Source: Candidatus Kryptoniota bacterium (GTDB lineage: Bacteria; Bacteroidota; Ignavibacteria; Kryptoniales; JAKASW01). Taken from it: DNA of 64,000 nt. The stretch's first letter is position 1. Each line of letters begins with the position of its first letter. The notes below the pieces were generated by a model. It had not been told where the DNA came from. It made no database searches and worked only from the letters and a program-made list of their open reading frames with translations. Below, piece by piece: positions 36,601-45,287 of this stretch. A program made the position numbers and the translations under genes. The stretch spans positions 181 to 64,180 of the forward strand of contig JBJKQU010000030.1 of NCBI GenBank assembly GCA_046705025.1, read 5' to 3'.

Positions 36601-38582
36601 TGCATCGCACCGACCAGCTGCCCCGAACTGACAAGCGGAATGGTCTGCAGTCCATCGGCTTCTTTGAAAGGAGGCAACTCCGACAAGCCCGCATATTCAG
36701 TCTCCGAAAGCGACCGTGAAAAAACCGGTGTGCCGGTCTTCACGGCCCGAAGGGCGTCGGTCTCGCGATCCAGTTCGAGCCTCTGAAAGCGTGGCAGTCT
36801 GAAATCGTTCCCGCCTGCATTGTGATGTGCTACCGCCTCGAGTGTCTTGCTGCTTTCTTCATAAACGTGCAGAACGACCAGAGGAGAACTCAAGATCTCC
36901 GACAGCAGCTCAACGGTAGCCCTGGCAAGCTCAGGGACCTTCCCGCTCGAGACTGCAAGCTGGGCAACTCTATAAGCCGCCTCCTTCCTCTTTTCTTCCC
37001 ACTTCTTTTCCGTGATATCTTCGCATATGCCGACCAGTGCCAGTACATTCCCGCCGGAATCCTTTATGGAACTGGTGCTCAGCGAGATGTAGTACTCGGT
37101 CTCGTCTCTTCGCCTGTTGAGCACTTCTCCCTTCCAGCTTCCGTTGCGCATCGTCTGCAGGTAGATATCGCGTGCCTTATCATATCCGAAGGAGGGCGAC
37201 ACAAGCGCCCAAAGACTCCTGCCGGGGAGATCATTCAGGGTATACCCGAAGAGCCTTTCGGCGGCTGTATTGAGGTACGTGACATTACCCTGTGCATCGG
37301 TGAGCGCAATAGCCTCATCCGTGTTTTCAACTGCAGCGCTCAGGACTCGATTGCGATGCTCAAGTTCGTTCCTTCTCGTGATATCGCGAAAGATGGTAAT
37401 CCGGCCTATTCTCCTGCCGTTTATCAAGATCGGCGTCGAGTTCAACAGCGTTTCTATCTTGGACCCGCCCTTGGTCAGAACCGAGAGCTCGTACTCGTTC
37501 TTCAACCCCTGATCGACAAACTGTCCGTATTCCTCGGCTCTCTCCCGGTCGGCGGGGTCGTATAGATCGTACATCGTCTTCCCCTTAATTTCCGGCAGTT
37601 CATAGCCGAAGTCTCTTTCGAACGCGGGGTTCACATAAAGCGTGGAGCCGTACTCGTCGATGATCTGTACGGGGTCCGGGACCTTCTCGAGATAGACCTG
37701 ATATTTCAGAAGCTCCTGATTCGCCAGCTTCAACCCCTCGGAACTACGCACGTATTCGCCGAAGATCTGGCCGACGTCAACAAGGCTCCCTACCGCGCCG
37801 ATAGCATAAGCCGCAAGCGTCAACCCGATACGAGCCGCCGACGCCGTATCGACAAAGGATATCGAAAACGATCCGACGATCTCCGCCGCCATAAGCAGGA
37901 AGAGCGTTATGGTTATCGTGTAATTGAATAGCGTCGGATAATTCAAGTAGTTCCGGCTTACTCCGACGAAGGATATAAGGAAGAAGCCTGAAGCTGCCAA
38001 CGCCAGCAATGTCGAGCCGAGGTGAAGAATTGTACCTTTCTCAGGATTACGCCCGCCTGAAAAGAGGATCAGAATAAAAACCAAAACAGCAGCTATAACA
38101 ACTGCTGTGAAGATATCCGACACAGCGGATTTCGATCTTGGATGCAGCCAGACGATCAGGGTGCCAATCGCAAGTATCAATCCAAACAGAAGCCTTCCGC
38201 CCTGCCACATCAGAAGTTGAAAAGAGAAGGCATGCTCGGCAGATCCCAGAATTCCGAGGTCAGAAACTACGATGCCTGAAATTCTTATGAAGCCGCCGAC
38301 AAGAAAAGCGAACGCTATGAATTCAAGGAGCCTCTCTCTATAGACTATATAACGGGAGAAAGCGAAAAGGGAAATCGCTACGGAAATCATGTTGGTAATG
38401 AAAACGGAGTCGATAAAAAGGTCCGGTGTCACTGAAGCCCTAAACGTTCGCGCAAGAAGCACGATCACGAAAGCAAAAATTCCGGCCCCGCCTACTCCGA
38501 GGCTCAGAGAAAGTAGACCCTTTCTGTTTTTCACTAATCTCTCCAAAGGTTTCCGGAGGCTACTCGCCGGTGCGAGATCCAA
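33585..38582 (-). CDS. 1665-aa multidomain hybrid sensor histidine kinase (polytopic N-terminus, multiple PAS and GAF-like modules, HisKA, HATPase_c, two REC)
   Basis: About 270 aa of TM helices. Repeated PAS-type segments (..NPAFERDFGY.., ..NTAAERLFGY.., ..NPAAERLYGW..). H-box ANMSHELRTPLNSIIGF. GTGLGLAISRRLARMLGG. REC1 VVCIDDDPE..TLDIMMPKKDG. REC2 ILVVDDNED..FLDLLMPEMDG. Confidence 0.85.
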   Translation of the reverse strand: MDLAPASSLRKPLERLVKNRKGLLSLSLGVGGAGIFAFVIVLLARTFRASVTPDLFIDSVFITNMISVAISLFAFSRYIVYRERLLEFIAFAFLVGGFIRISGIVVSDLGILGSAEHAFSFQLLMWQGGRLLFGLILAIGTLIVWLHPRSKSAVSDIFTAVVIAAVLVFILILFSGGRNPEKGTILHLGSTLLALAASGFFLISFVGVSRNYLNYPTLFNYTITITLFLLMAAEIVGSFSISFVDTASAARIGLTLAAYAIGAVGSLVDVGQIFGEYVRSSEGLKLANQELLKYQVYLEKVPDPVQIIDEYGSTLYVNPAFERDFGYELPEIKGKTMYDLYDPADRERAEEYGQFVDQGLKNEYELSVLTKGGSKIETLLNSTPILINGRRIGRITIFRDITRRNELEHRNRVLSAAVENTDEAIALTDAQGNVTYLNTAAERLFGYTLNDLPGRSLWALVSPSFGYDKARDIYLQTMRNGSWKGEVLNRRRDETEYYISLSTSSIKDSGGNVLALVGICEDITEKKWEEKRKEAAYRVAQLAVSSGKVPELARATVELLSEILSSPLVVLHVYEESSKTLEAVAHHNAGGNDFRLPRFQRLELDRETDALRAVKTGTPVFSRSLSETEYAGLSELPPFKEADGLQTIPLVSSGQLVGAMQYVSVASRGNARFESELASAAASELAVGMQRLKLGARVAEQADQLEKIFASAAEGIALVDRHGKILLMNEGGKEVFGIREVMEVGFEEYADTLNMRKLDGSPLSDDENPIRRSAIDGKSVRNFEFTITRYGKDRILSISAAPLLETGGGINGAVAIFSDITERKKSDERIAYQAMLLSEVNDAIIASDHDGLITSWNPAAERLYGWKENEVIGLPLEEIIPFGFSGITKEMLQVEMQKKSLWRGEAVNYSKDGRRLYIDSSMALVRSSDGDATGSVFINRDITSQKENEFAIRKQNRRLSVINRTALAVKDALDVVEILNKSLTSMTEYEEITAAAVYLSESDSGTLMLSSSLGFGKSFERDERVRDLALGEEFFADALRYGEPVIIPEISEASRQPKLFKALREEWIRSVIIVPIAGRRELHGLLLAGSKERVAFNETDKEFFLMISRVVGAAVENAFLYSDVVEKSRELEDSNEQLRMSKIWVEEANAQLVRANQQLEEASRLKSQFLANMSHELRTPLNSIIGFTNLILTDDTNPPTEEQKEGLEIVLRNAKNLLALINDILDLSKIEAGKLSITPEQFGIEMVVGDTLATVEPLIADKSVMLVSEIDPGIPMLYSDPARIKQIVLNLLSNAAKFTEKGHIRVAARMLDENFVSLSVEDSGPGIPSEYLEVVFEEFRQVDGSNTRKHGGTGLGLAISRRLARMLGGDLTVSSGVGKGSTFTLTVPTVYRISEESGEKEQVPAPPAPTVSSQMSNLVVCIDDDPEVLLLLKNHLVAEGFEFYGVSDSRDAVDIVRRYKPVLVTLDIMMPKKDGWQILQELKYDPELKDIPVVIHSVVENKALAISLGAESYLVKPVEAEKIITIIRRHTGTEGGEILVVDDNEDFTNFLRNLLERSRFTIHTARNGLEAIDVLQNTTPSLVFLDLLMPEMDGFEVVEKMYGDERLREVPIVVLTAKEVSADERAKITSKIKNIVRKEGLTREIILREVNKFIQRKKWKSDNAS

Positions 38583-38952
38583 CGGACAGATATTTTCTCA
38601 CTAAATCGGTCAGAACAGCAGGATCAACCGGCTTGGTAATGTATTCGTCGCATCCCGCCTTCAAAGCCCTTTCCCTGTCGCCCACCATTGCTTGTGCCGT
38701 TACTGCGATTACAGGGATTCCTCCGGTCGCGTCGGTTGCTCTGATCGCTGCAGCCGTCTCAAAACCATCCATATCCGGCATCTTCATGTCGAGCAGTATC
38801 AGATCCGGAACCGCTTCTATCGCCAGATTCAAAGCGTCTCTGCCGCTGTGAGCTTCTACATATTTCAGATCAAGTCCTGAACGTTTCATTATCCTCTTTA
38901 TAAGCAGAACATTGTCGAGATTATCGTCCGCAATCAAGAGGACCTTTTGCAT
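38560..38952 (-). CDS. single-domain response regulator (CheY-like)
   Basis: VLLIADDNLDN, PDLILLDMKMPDMDGFE, VIAVTAQA, and KAGCDEYITKP. Confidence 0.85.
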   Translation of the reverse strand: MQKVLLIADDNLDNVLLIKRIMKRSGLDLKYVEAHSGRDALNLAIEAVPDLILLDMKMPDMDGFETAAAIRATDATGGIPVIAVTAQAMVGDRERALKAGCDEYITKPVDPAVLTDLVRKYLSVGSRTGE

Positions 38953-40325
38953 CAGCGCTTTTTGACTTTCGATATTTTTTTGACAAAGCTCACCACTTCC
39001 GAGGCGCGCAACTCCGCTTCTCTCTGTGAAGCGGCTTCCGCGATAACCCTGATAATGGGTTCCGTGTTCGACTTTCTCAGGTGAATCCAGAAATCCGGCG
39101 CCTCGATCTTCAACCCGTCGTCCATATTCAGGTCGTATTTGGAATATTGCTTCTTGATCGCTCCGATTATGCTCTCCGGCTTTTCCTTCCCGAGGTCTAT
39201 TCTCTTCTTGACGATTTCGAACTTGGGGAGGGAGTCTTTCAATTCCGAAAGAGTTCCGCCGAATTCAAGAAGATGCTGCAGTGCGATAACGACGCCGACC
39301 AGAGCGTCCCTGCCGTAGTGTACTTCGGGAAGGATGACGCCGCCGCTTCCTTCTCCGCCCACAACTGCACCCACAGCTTTCATCTTCTTGACGACGTTGA
39401 TTTCACCCACCGGAGACCGGAACACCTGCCCCCCAAGGCTGCGAGCTATCTCGTCTACCGCACGGGTGGTCGAAAGGTTCACTGCGGCAATCCTTTTTCC
39501 TTCGGGCATCTTCCTGAATACGAACGCCACTGCCTGTGCGACCGTATACTCCTCGCTGAAGGGTTCACCTTTCTCCGTGATCAGCACGAGACGATCCACG
39601 TCCGGATCGACAACGATCCCGAGATCCGCCTTTTCTTCCCTGACCCGCGCCATAGTCGCACCCAGATTTTCGGGGAGCGGCTCCGGGCGTCGGGTGAATC
39701 GTCCTGTTGCGTCGCAATCTACCCTGGTGACTACGCATCCCAGCTCACGCAGAAGTTCCGGCATGACTACCGACCCGGCCGCGTTGACGCAATCCACGAC
39801 TACCCTGAAATGCCTCCTTCGGATCGCTTCGACGTCTATTCCCCTTATGGCAAGGGCACGCCTGACATGATCGCGAAGAAAGTAATCGCCGTTCTCTATT
39901 GTTCCAACCGATTGGTAGGGCGAATACTGCGGCTTCTCTTCCGCGAGTTTCCATAACCTTTCGTTTTCGTCTGCGTCTAGGAAGACCCCCCTTTCGCTGA
40001 TGAACTTAAGCCCGTTCCACTCCATCGGATTATGGCTGGCGGTAACCGCTACACCTCCCGCGGCGTCCGAATGCTCCGCGGCGAGCTCAACTGTGGGCGT
40101 CGGACAAATCCCGATGTTTACCACATCGCATCCGTTCGCGGACAGGGTTCCGACAAGAACGTCGGCAAGCATCTCGCCGTGGTACCTCCCGTCTCTCCCT
40201 ACGACTATCCTCTTGCGTTTGGCATATTTCGCAAATGCATTCGCGTATTTTATGACAGTTTCAGGTGTAAGCGTATCGCCGACTATGCCGCGCAGCCCCG
40301 AGATGCTTACAATCAACTTACTCAT
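38952..40325 (-). CDS. glmM: phosphoglucosamine mutase-like alpha-D-phosphohexomutase (Bacteroidota-type GlmM)
   Basis: N-terminus LIVSISGLRGIVGDTLTP, active-site loop VTASHNPMEWNGLKF, metal loop VVDPDVDRL, and GGEGSGG. Confidence 0.7.
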   Translation of the reverse strand: MSKLIVSISGLRGIVGDTLTPETVIKYANAFAKYAKRKRIVVGRDGRYHGEMLADVLVGTLSANGCDVVNIGICPTPTVELAAEHSDAAGGVAVTASHNPMEWNGLKFISERGVFLDADENERLWKLAEEKPQYSPYQSVGTIENGDYFLRDHVRRALAIRGIDVEAIRRRHFRVVVDCVNAAGSVVMPELLRELGCVVTRVDCDATGRFTRRPEPLPENLGATMARVREEKADLGIVVDPDVDRLVLITEKGEPFSEEYTVAQAVAFVFRKMPEGKRIAAVNLSTTRAVDEIARSLGGQVFRSPVGEINVVKKMKAVGAVVGGEGSGGVILPEVHYGRDALVGVVIALQHLLEFGGTLSELKDSLPKFEIVKKRIDLGKEKPESIIGAIKKQYSKYDLNMDDGLKIEAPDFWIHLRKSNTEPIIRVIAEAASQREAELRASEVVSFVKKISKVKKR

Positions 40326-40882
40326 TTACCGCCTCTGCTTCCGATCTTTCTCGAATACTGAATCAACTTTTTGCTGGCTATATATCCCCGGCCCTTGAGA
40401 AAAGAATGCACGGCCGAGTTGTAAAGGTAAGCACTCATGAAAATATACTCGACCTTCTCCTTTTTCGCCAGTCGTTCGACTTCGTCGAGCAGGGCACCGG
40501 CAACACCACGGCGCCTCCAGGCTTTTGCAGTCACCGCGTAAGGGAGGTAAAAGTAATTTTCGGATTCATATACTGTCACGTAACCGACCACCTTTTCTTT
40601 CACTGTGGCAACAAGCATGAGTCCCCCGTACCCCTCCACAAACCCGACAAAGTCGTCTTGCTTCATCTTCTGTCCGGGATAATTTTCTATTTCTCTTACG
40701 CCCCTGCTCATCCTTACGACACTGGGCAGATCGCCCGATTTGGCACGGCGAACGACGATTTGCGGCTCTTCCGCCTTGCGGGATAATCCCGACCTGGCGT
40801 GTGACCTCCTAGATTTTTTTTCGGTTTGCTTCATAAATAATCCGCACTCCATCAAGGACAAGTGTTGGTTCGATGTAATCAA
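40322..40882 (-). CDS. GNAT-family N-acetyltransferase
   Basis: Acetyl-CoA motif RRRGVAGALLDEVERLAKK. The true start is probably internal (for example ATG 40834), because the track ORF overlaps the coaX 3' end by 74 nt. Confidence 0.75.
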   Translation of the reverse strand: MITSNQHLSLMECGLFMKQTEKKSRRSHARSGLSRKAEEPQIVVRRAKSGDLPSVVRMSRGVREIENYPGQKMKQDDFVGFVEGYGGLMLVATVKEKVVGYVTVYESENYFYLPYAVTAKAWRRRGVAGALLDEVERLAKKEKVEYIFMSAYLYNSAVHSFLKGRGYIASKKLIQYSRKIGSRGGK

Positions 40883-41582
40883 TCACGCCGGTCTTCGCAG
40901 CGATGATTCCCGTGTATCCCCCTGTTGCAATCACCCTCGTCTCAGCACCCAGCACCCCTTTCATCCTTCTGACCATCCCCTCCATGGCATCGACGGCTCC
41001 GAACATTATTCCACTTTGCATGCTTGAAACCGTTGTCCTGCCGATTATCTCGTCCGGGAAACGGAGCTCGATCCGCGGCAGCTTCGCCGCTCTCCTCTGC
41101 AGATCGGTCGCGCCGGTCTCGAGTCCGGGAGCTATGGCGCCGCCGAGATACTCGCCGTCCTTCGAAACCGCATCGAACGTGGTGGCCGTACCGAAGTCCA
41201 GGATAATCAAAGGACCGCCGTATTTCCCGTAACCCGCAACTGCGTTACAGATCCTGTCGCTGCCCACCGCCGCCGGCTCTCCATAATTTATCTTAATCCC
41301 GAGTTTCAAGCCTGCGTTTACCAGCAGCGCCCGGCAATTGAAATATTTCTCGGACATCCTTTCCAGAATGCCGGTGAGGTTGGGTACGACGGATGAGATT
41401 CCCACCCCCTCCACGTCGTCGACCCGGATCCCGTGATGCTTGAGGAGAGACAAGACGACGATCCCAATCTCATCCTCAGTCCGCACGACTTCACTGGCAA
41501 CCCGATAGTCCCTCTTTAACTCCCCGCTGTCGTAGACGCCAAACTGTGTGTGCGTGTTTCCGACATCTATACAAAGAAGCAT
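40809..41582 (-). CDS. coaX: type III pantothenate kinase
   Basis: MLLCIDVGNTHTQFGVY, ILDFGTATTFD, and GGY..I; length 257 aa. It sits downstream of birA, a conserved pairing. Confidence 0.9.
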   Translation of the reverse strand: MLLCIDVGNTHTQFGVYDSGELKRDYRVASEVVRTEDEIGIVVLSLLKHHGIRVDDVEGVGISSVVPNLTGILERMSEKYFNCRALLVNAGLKLGIKINYGEPAAVGSDRICNAVAGYGKYGGPLIILDFGTATTFDAVSKDGEYLGGAIAPGLETGATDLQRRAAKLPRIELRFPDEIIGRTTVSSMQSGIMFGAVDAMEGMVRRMKGVLGAETRVIATGGYTGIIAAKTGVIDYIEPTLVLDGVRIIYEANRKKI

Positions 41583-42529
41583 CAGCTCGTTTCTCCTATG
41601 ATTGTTATTTCTCCGGCGGTGAACACATTCGAACCTGTCCCGGTTTGAATCACTAACGCACCGTCATCCGTAACCTCGTCACAAACCCCCTCATAAACTC
41701 TGTCCGCCAACCTCAACCTGATTTTCTTGCCGAACATCTTTGACCTGTTACGCCACCTCTTCATCACGGAATAGAAATCCCTGGCACGCACCGTTTCGTA
41801 AACCGAATCAAATCTGCTCAGTATCGTCGAGAGAATTTCATTCCGATCGTATTTCCGGCCGGCAAAGAGATACAACGATGTTGCTTTGGACGCTATCTCA
41901 TCCGGAAAAGTAGTCTGGTTCACGTTCAATCCGATTCCCAGGATTACGTAATTCAGCCTGTCGGAATCGAAACTCGATTCGAGAAGTATGCCGCAGACCT
42001 TCCTTGATCCTAACAGAACGTCGTTCGGCCACTTCAACTCCGGATGGACGTGCGCAGCATCTTCAATAGCTTCGGCGACTGCTACTGCAGCGGAAAAGGT
42101 CAATACGAACACCTCATCCCTCTCCAAAAAGACCGGGCGGAGCAGGAGAGAGAACAGTAAATTCGACATCGGCTCCGATTCCCATTTCCTTCCAAAGCGG
42201 CCGCGTCCCCCGGTCTGTTCGTCGGCAACGACGACACTCCCTTCGGGGAAACCTTCATCGGCAAGCTTCAGCAAGCGGGAATTTGTCGAGTCGATCTTGT
42301 CGAAATTATATATCTCGTATTTCAAAGCTCTCGAAAAATTTAAGTGCAAAGGCCACGAAAGGCAATCACTATCAGGGTACTCAAAATCGCCCGTTTCGGG
42401 GCTCGCTCCGCGAATCGAGGAAAAGGTGGGTGACACTGAAACTATATTCCGGTTTTTCTGTTCTTTCTGTATAGGCCCATTGCTTTTCGGAGCATTACTA
42501 TAGGAGCCCGAGTCGAACCGTGCATTCAA
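41582..42529 (-). CDS. birA: biotin--[acetyl-CoA-carboxylase] ligase
   Basis: FDKIDSTNSRL, GGRGRFGRKWES, and KWPNDVL..RKVCGILLE. The first approximately 65 aa of the track ORF are low-complexity. A TTG at about 42327 (MKYEIYNFDKIDSTN) is a plausible true start. Confidence 0.8.
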   Translation of the reverse strand: MNARFDSGSYSNAPKSNGPIQKEQKNRNIVSVSPTFSSIRGASPETGDFEYPDSDCLSWPLHLNFSRALKYEIYNFDKIDSTNSRLLKLADEGFPEGSVVVADEQTGGRGRFGRKWESEPMSNLLFSLLLRPVFLERDEVFVLTFSAAVAVAEAIEDAAHVHPELKWPNDVLLGSRKVCGILLESSFDSDRLNYVILGIGLNVNQTTFPDEIASKATSLYLFAGRKYDRNEILSTILSRFDSVYETVRARDFYSVMKRWRNRSKMFGKKIRLRLADRVYEGVCDEVTDDGALVIQTGTGSNVFTAGEITIIGETS

Positions 42530-42559
42530 CCAATAAACCCAATCAAAATGGAGGCGAAA

Positions 42560-43111
42560 ATGTCATATAGACTCTTGAAAACGTTTGCTGCCATTGCCGT
42601 GGCGACATTCCTTGTGCCGCAAGCAAAAGCGCAGTTCCTGAATCAAAGGAACTACGGCGGAGTGCATCTGGGGATAGGAGCCAGCGGAGGCGCATTCGAT
42701 CTCGGATTGGACTACGAACGCGGAATAACCAGAGTAGGTGAAGCCGGACCGGGCATCATAGGAATCGGAGGAATTCTCGACTACTACTCATATTCGTACG
42801 GCTACACTTACGGCCCCGCTTTCGCGCCGGAGTCGGGAACCCTGACATACTTGGACCTGGGGGTAACCGGAATGTACCACTTCGTTCTGGACAACAAGAA
42901 GATCGACCCGTTCCTGGGACTCGTGTTGGGATATCAGTCCGTTACCTGGAGCGCACCGGGGATAGCTCCATATTCGGCTCCCTATAGTTCGGGACTCATC
43001 CTCGGGGGCAGTGCCGGAGTCCGCTATTTCTTCACCCCACGCTGGGCCGGGGAAGCAAGGATAGGCTTCGGCTTCTATACTTTTGCAGTAGGAGTTGACT
43101 ACAGCTTCTGA
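42560..43111 (+). CDS. small outer-membrane beta-barrel protein (OmpA/OmpW-like 8-strand type)
   Basis: ATG 42560 lies 5 nt after GGAGG (the track ORF starts at 42548). Signal peptide ..FLVPQAKAQ, Gly/Tyr-rich strands, and a terminal ..VGVDYSF. Confidence 0.6.
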   Translation: MSYRLLKTFAAIAVATFLVPQAKAQFLNQRNYGGVHLGIGASGGAFDLGLDYERGITRVGEAGPGIIGIGGILDYYSYSYGYTYGPAFAPESGTLTYLDLGVTGMYHFVLDNKKIDPFLGLVLGYQSVTWSAPGIAPYSAPYSSGLILGGSAGVRYFFTPRWAGEARIGFGFYTFAVGVDYSF

Positions 43112-43131
43112 ATTCTCTCCGAAGTAATCAC

Positions 43132-43161
43132 GGGGCAGCCGGCTCCCCGCAGGGCTGCCCC
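43132..43161 (+). terminator. GC-rich terminator-like hairpin (no U-tract)
   Basis: ggggcagcc (43132-43140) / ggctgcccc (43153-43161), 12-nt loop, 20 nt after the stop codon. Confidence 0.4.
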
Positions 43162-43233
43162 CTCATGGCTCATCCCTCCCAAATGCATGGAATTTTATAA
43201 GGAAACATGCAAATTGTAAAAAACGGAGAACAA

Positions 43234-44112
43234 ATGAAAATCCTTTCTGCCCTTATGGTGGTGGTCGCACTCGCCGCAGCCGCAAACGCACAAACCCTTC
43301 AGGATTCGGTAGACGCTCTTGCACGAAATTACAAGGGCGAAGCAGGCATATATGCAATCAATCTCGAGAACGGAAAGACCATTGCTTACAATGCTGACAA
43401 GATGTTCCCTACCGCAAGTGTCATAAAGATTTACGTACTCGCGAAATTGTACCAGGACATAAAAGAAGGGAAGCTGTCGATGAACGACCAGGTCGTCCTC
43501 CACGATTCCGACAAAGTACCCGGCAGCGGCATTCTGCTGTTCATGCATGACGGCTTGAAGCTCACGCTCGGGGACCTGTCCTGGCTAATGATCAATATGA
43601 GCGACAACGTAGCGGCAAATCTGCTGACCGACGAGGTCGGAGGAGTCGAAACAGTAACTCGCTTCATACGCTCCCTCGGCTTGACCCATACGGCAGAACT
43701 GGCAAGAATTTTCGACAAGAACGTCTATAGCGATTCAACCCTCAGGAAGGAGTACGGAATCGGAGTCACCACTCCCCGGGAGACAGGGATCTTCCTGACC
43801 GGGCTCTACAAGGGCGAAATAGTAAGCAGGAAGAGTTCCGAGGCGATGGTAAACCTGATGAAATATCAGTTCTATGACACGAGCATACCGCGTTTCCTTC
43901 CGACTTACGACCAGAAGATCGAAATTGCCCACAAAACGGGCGCTCTGAACGCAACGCGAAACGATTGCGCCATCATCTACACACCGAAAGTGAATTATGT
44001 CCTTTGCGTCTTCACCACACACAACGCCGATCAGCGCTGGATCACAGACAACAAGTCTGAAATCTTCATTGCCAGGATTTCCAAGCTTGTGTACGATAAT
44101 TTTGTGAAATGA
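43234..44112 (+). CDS. class A beta-lactamase-family serine hydrolase
   Basis: ATG 43234 lies after GGAG. Signal peptide MKILSALMVVVALAAAANAQ. S-x-x-K as ASVIK, SDN as MSDNVAANLL, and KTG as HKTGAL. Confidence 0.75.
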   Translation: MKILSALMVVVALAAAANAQTLQDSVDALARNYKGEAGIYAINLENGKTIAYNADKMFPTASVIKIYVLAKLYQDIKEGKLSMNDQVVLHDSDKVPGSGILLFMHDGLKLTLGDLSWLMINMSDNVAANLLTDEVGGVETVTRFIRSLGLTHTAELARIFDKNVYSDSTLRKEYGIGVTTPRETGIFLTGLYKGEIVSRKSSEAMVNLMKYQFYDTSIPRFLPTYDQKIEIAHKTGALNATRNDCAIIYTPKVNYVLCVFTTHNADQRWITDNKSEIFIARISKLVYDNFVK

Positions 44113-44999
44113 TCCTGACGGTAGTCGTTGCGCTGGCTCTGATTTTAATCGCCGCAGCCTTAGCCATATATAGCGGCCCCAAGAAGCTCCTTATGCCGGA
44201 ACGCCGAAAGCCCGAATATTACCAACAGAAGTTCGGCTTCAGCCATCCTTCTCAAATTGGACTTCAATTCGCCAATAAGACTCTTATCACACCGGAGGGC
44301 TACAAGCTTCGCTACTGGAGGGTCGATAATCCGAATTGTAACGGTACGAAGGAAGCGATCATCTATTTGCACGGGATTACGGACTCAAAAGTCAGCGGTC
44401 TAAATTATGCCAAGGCTTTTGCCGGAACCTGCCGCAGGTTCTTCCTGATAGATATGAGGCGCCACGGTGAGAGCGAAGGCAAGTACTGTACCTACGGATA
44501 TTACGAAAAGCACGATATCGTCAGACTAATCGACGAAATAGTAAGTCGCGACCCGGGAACCAGGATAACGCTTATCGGAGTTTCAATGGGGGGAGCGATC
44601 GCAATACAAACAGCCGCCATCGACAAGCGTGTGTCGCGCGTGGTCGCCGTAGCCCCGTTCTATGACCTTTTTTCCATAGCACTCGACCACGAATTCCACC
44701 AGATCGGAATCAGGAGCAGTTCGCTTCTGAAGTTCATGATGCGCCGCGCGGAGCGGATGGCGAAGTTCGAAGCTAAAGATGTTTCTCCCGCGCAGGACAT
44801 CAAGAAAGTCCAGGTGCCGGTCCTTATCGTCCACGGCGAGGAGGACAAGACCGTAAAGACAAAATACTCAGAAGAGCTGGTGAAGCTGAACGAAGGAGCT
44901 GAGCTGTTGATGGTTCCGGGAGCGGGTCACGCTGACGTTCTCGAAAAAGGGGGAGCCGACTACATGCAGAAATTGTCGGAGTTCCTGACGAGCAAATAA
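44109..44999 (+). CDS. alpha/beta-fold hydrolase, membrane-anchored
   Basis: N-terminal TM helix, HGITDS, nucleophile elbow GVSMGG, and C-terminal GAGHAD. There is a 4-nt ATGA overlap with the preceding gene. Confidence 0.75.
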   Translation: MILTVVVALALILIAAALAIYSGPKKLLMPERRKPEYYQQKFGFSHPSQIGLQFANKTLITPEGYKLRYWRVDNPNCNGTKEAIIYLHGITDSKVSGLNYAKAFAGTCRRFFLIDMRRHGESEGKYCTYGYYEKHDIVRLIDEIVSRDPGTRITLIGVSMGGAIAIQTAAIDKRVSRVVAVAPFYDLFSIALDHEFHQIGIRSSSLLKFMMRRAERMAKFEAKDVSPAQDIKKVQVPVLIVHGEEDKTVKTKYSEELVKLNEGAELLMVPGAGHADVLEKGGADYMQKLSEFLTSK

Positions 45000-45005
45000 A
45001 AATAA

Positions 45006-45028
45006 ACCCGCCCTGGGCAGGGGCGGGT
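45006..45028 (+). terminator. GC-rich terminator-like hairpin
   Basis: acccgccc-tgggcag-gggcgggt, 7 nt after the stop. An A-tract lies upstream and there is no downstream U-tract. Confidence 0.35.
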
Positions 45029-45287
45029 AGAAGGAGGCATTCTAGGTAGGTCCTTCTTTGAGTGCTGGCTACTTACTTAGACGACCCAATTTCCCGTTTG
45101 TTACAGAAGAAAGAAAAATCCTTGCAGATAACCCGCCGCGCATAGTCTCTTCCTTCTCCGACTAAACCATGATGTACATTTCGTAATCAAATAAAAGAGG
45201 CACTTCTTCGCTTTCTAGGAACGAATTTGGGCCGATTGTCATTTACAATGAAGAGAATTAAATTGAGAAGAACAAAACTGGACAGAC

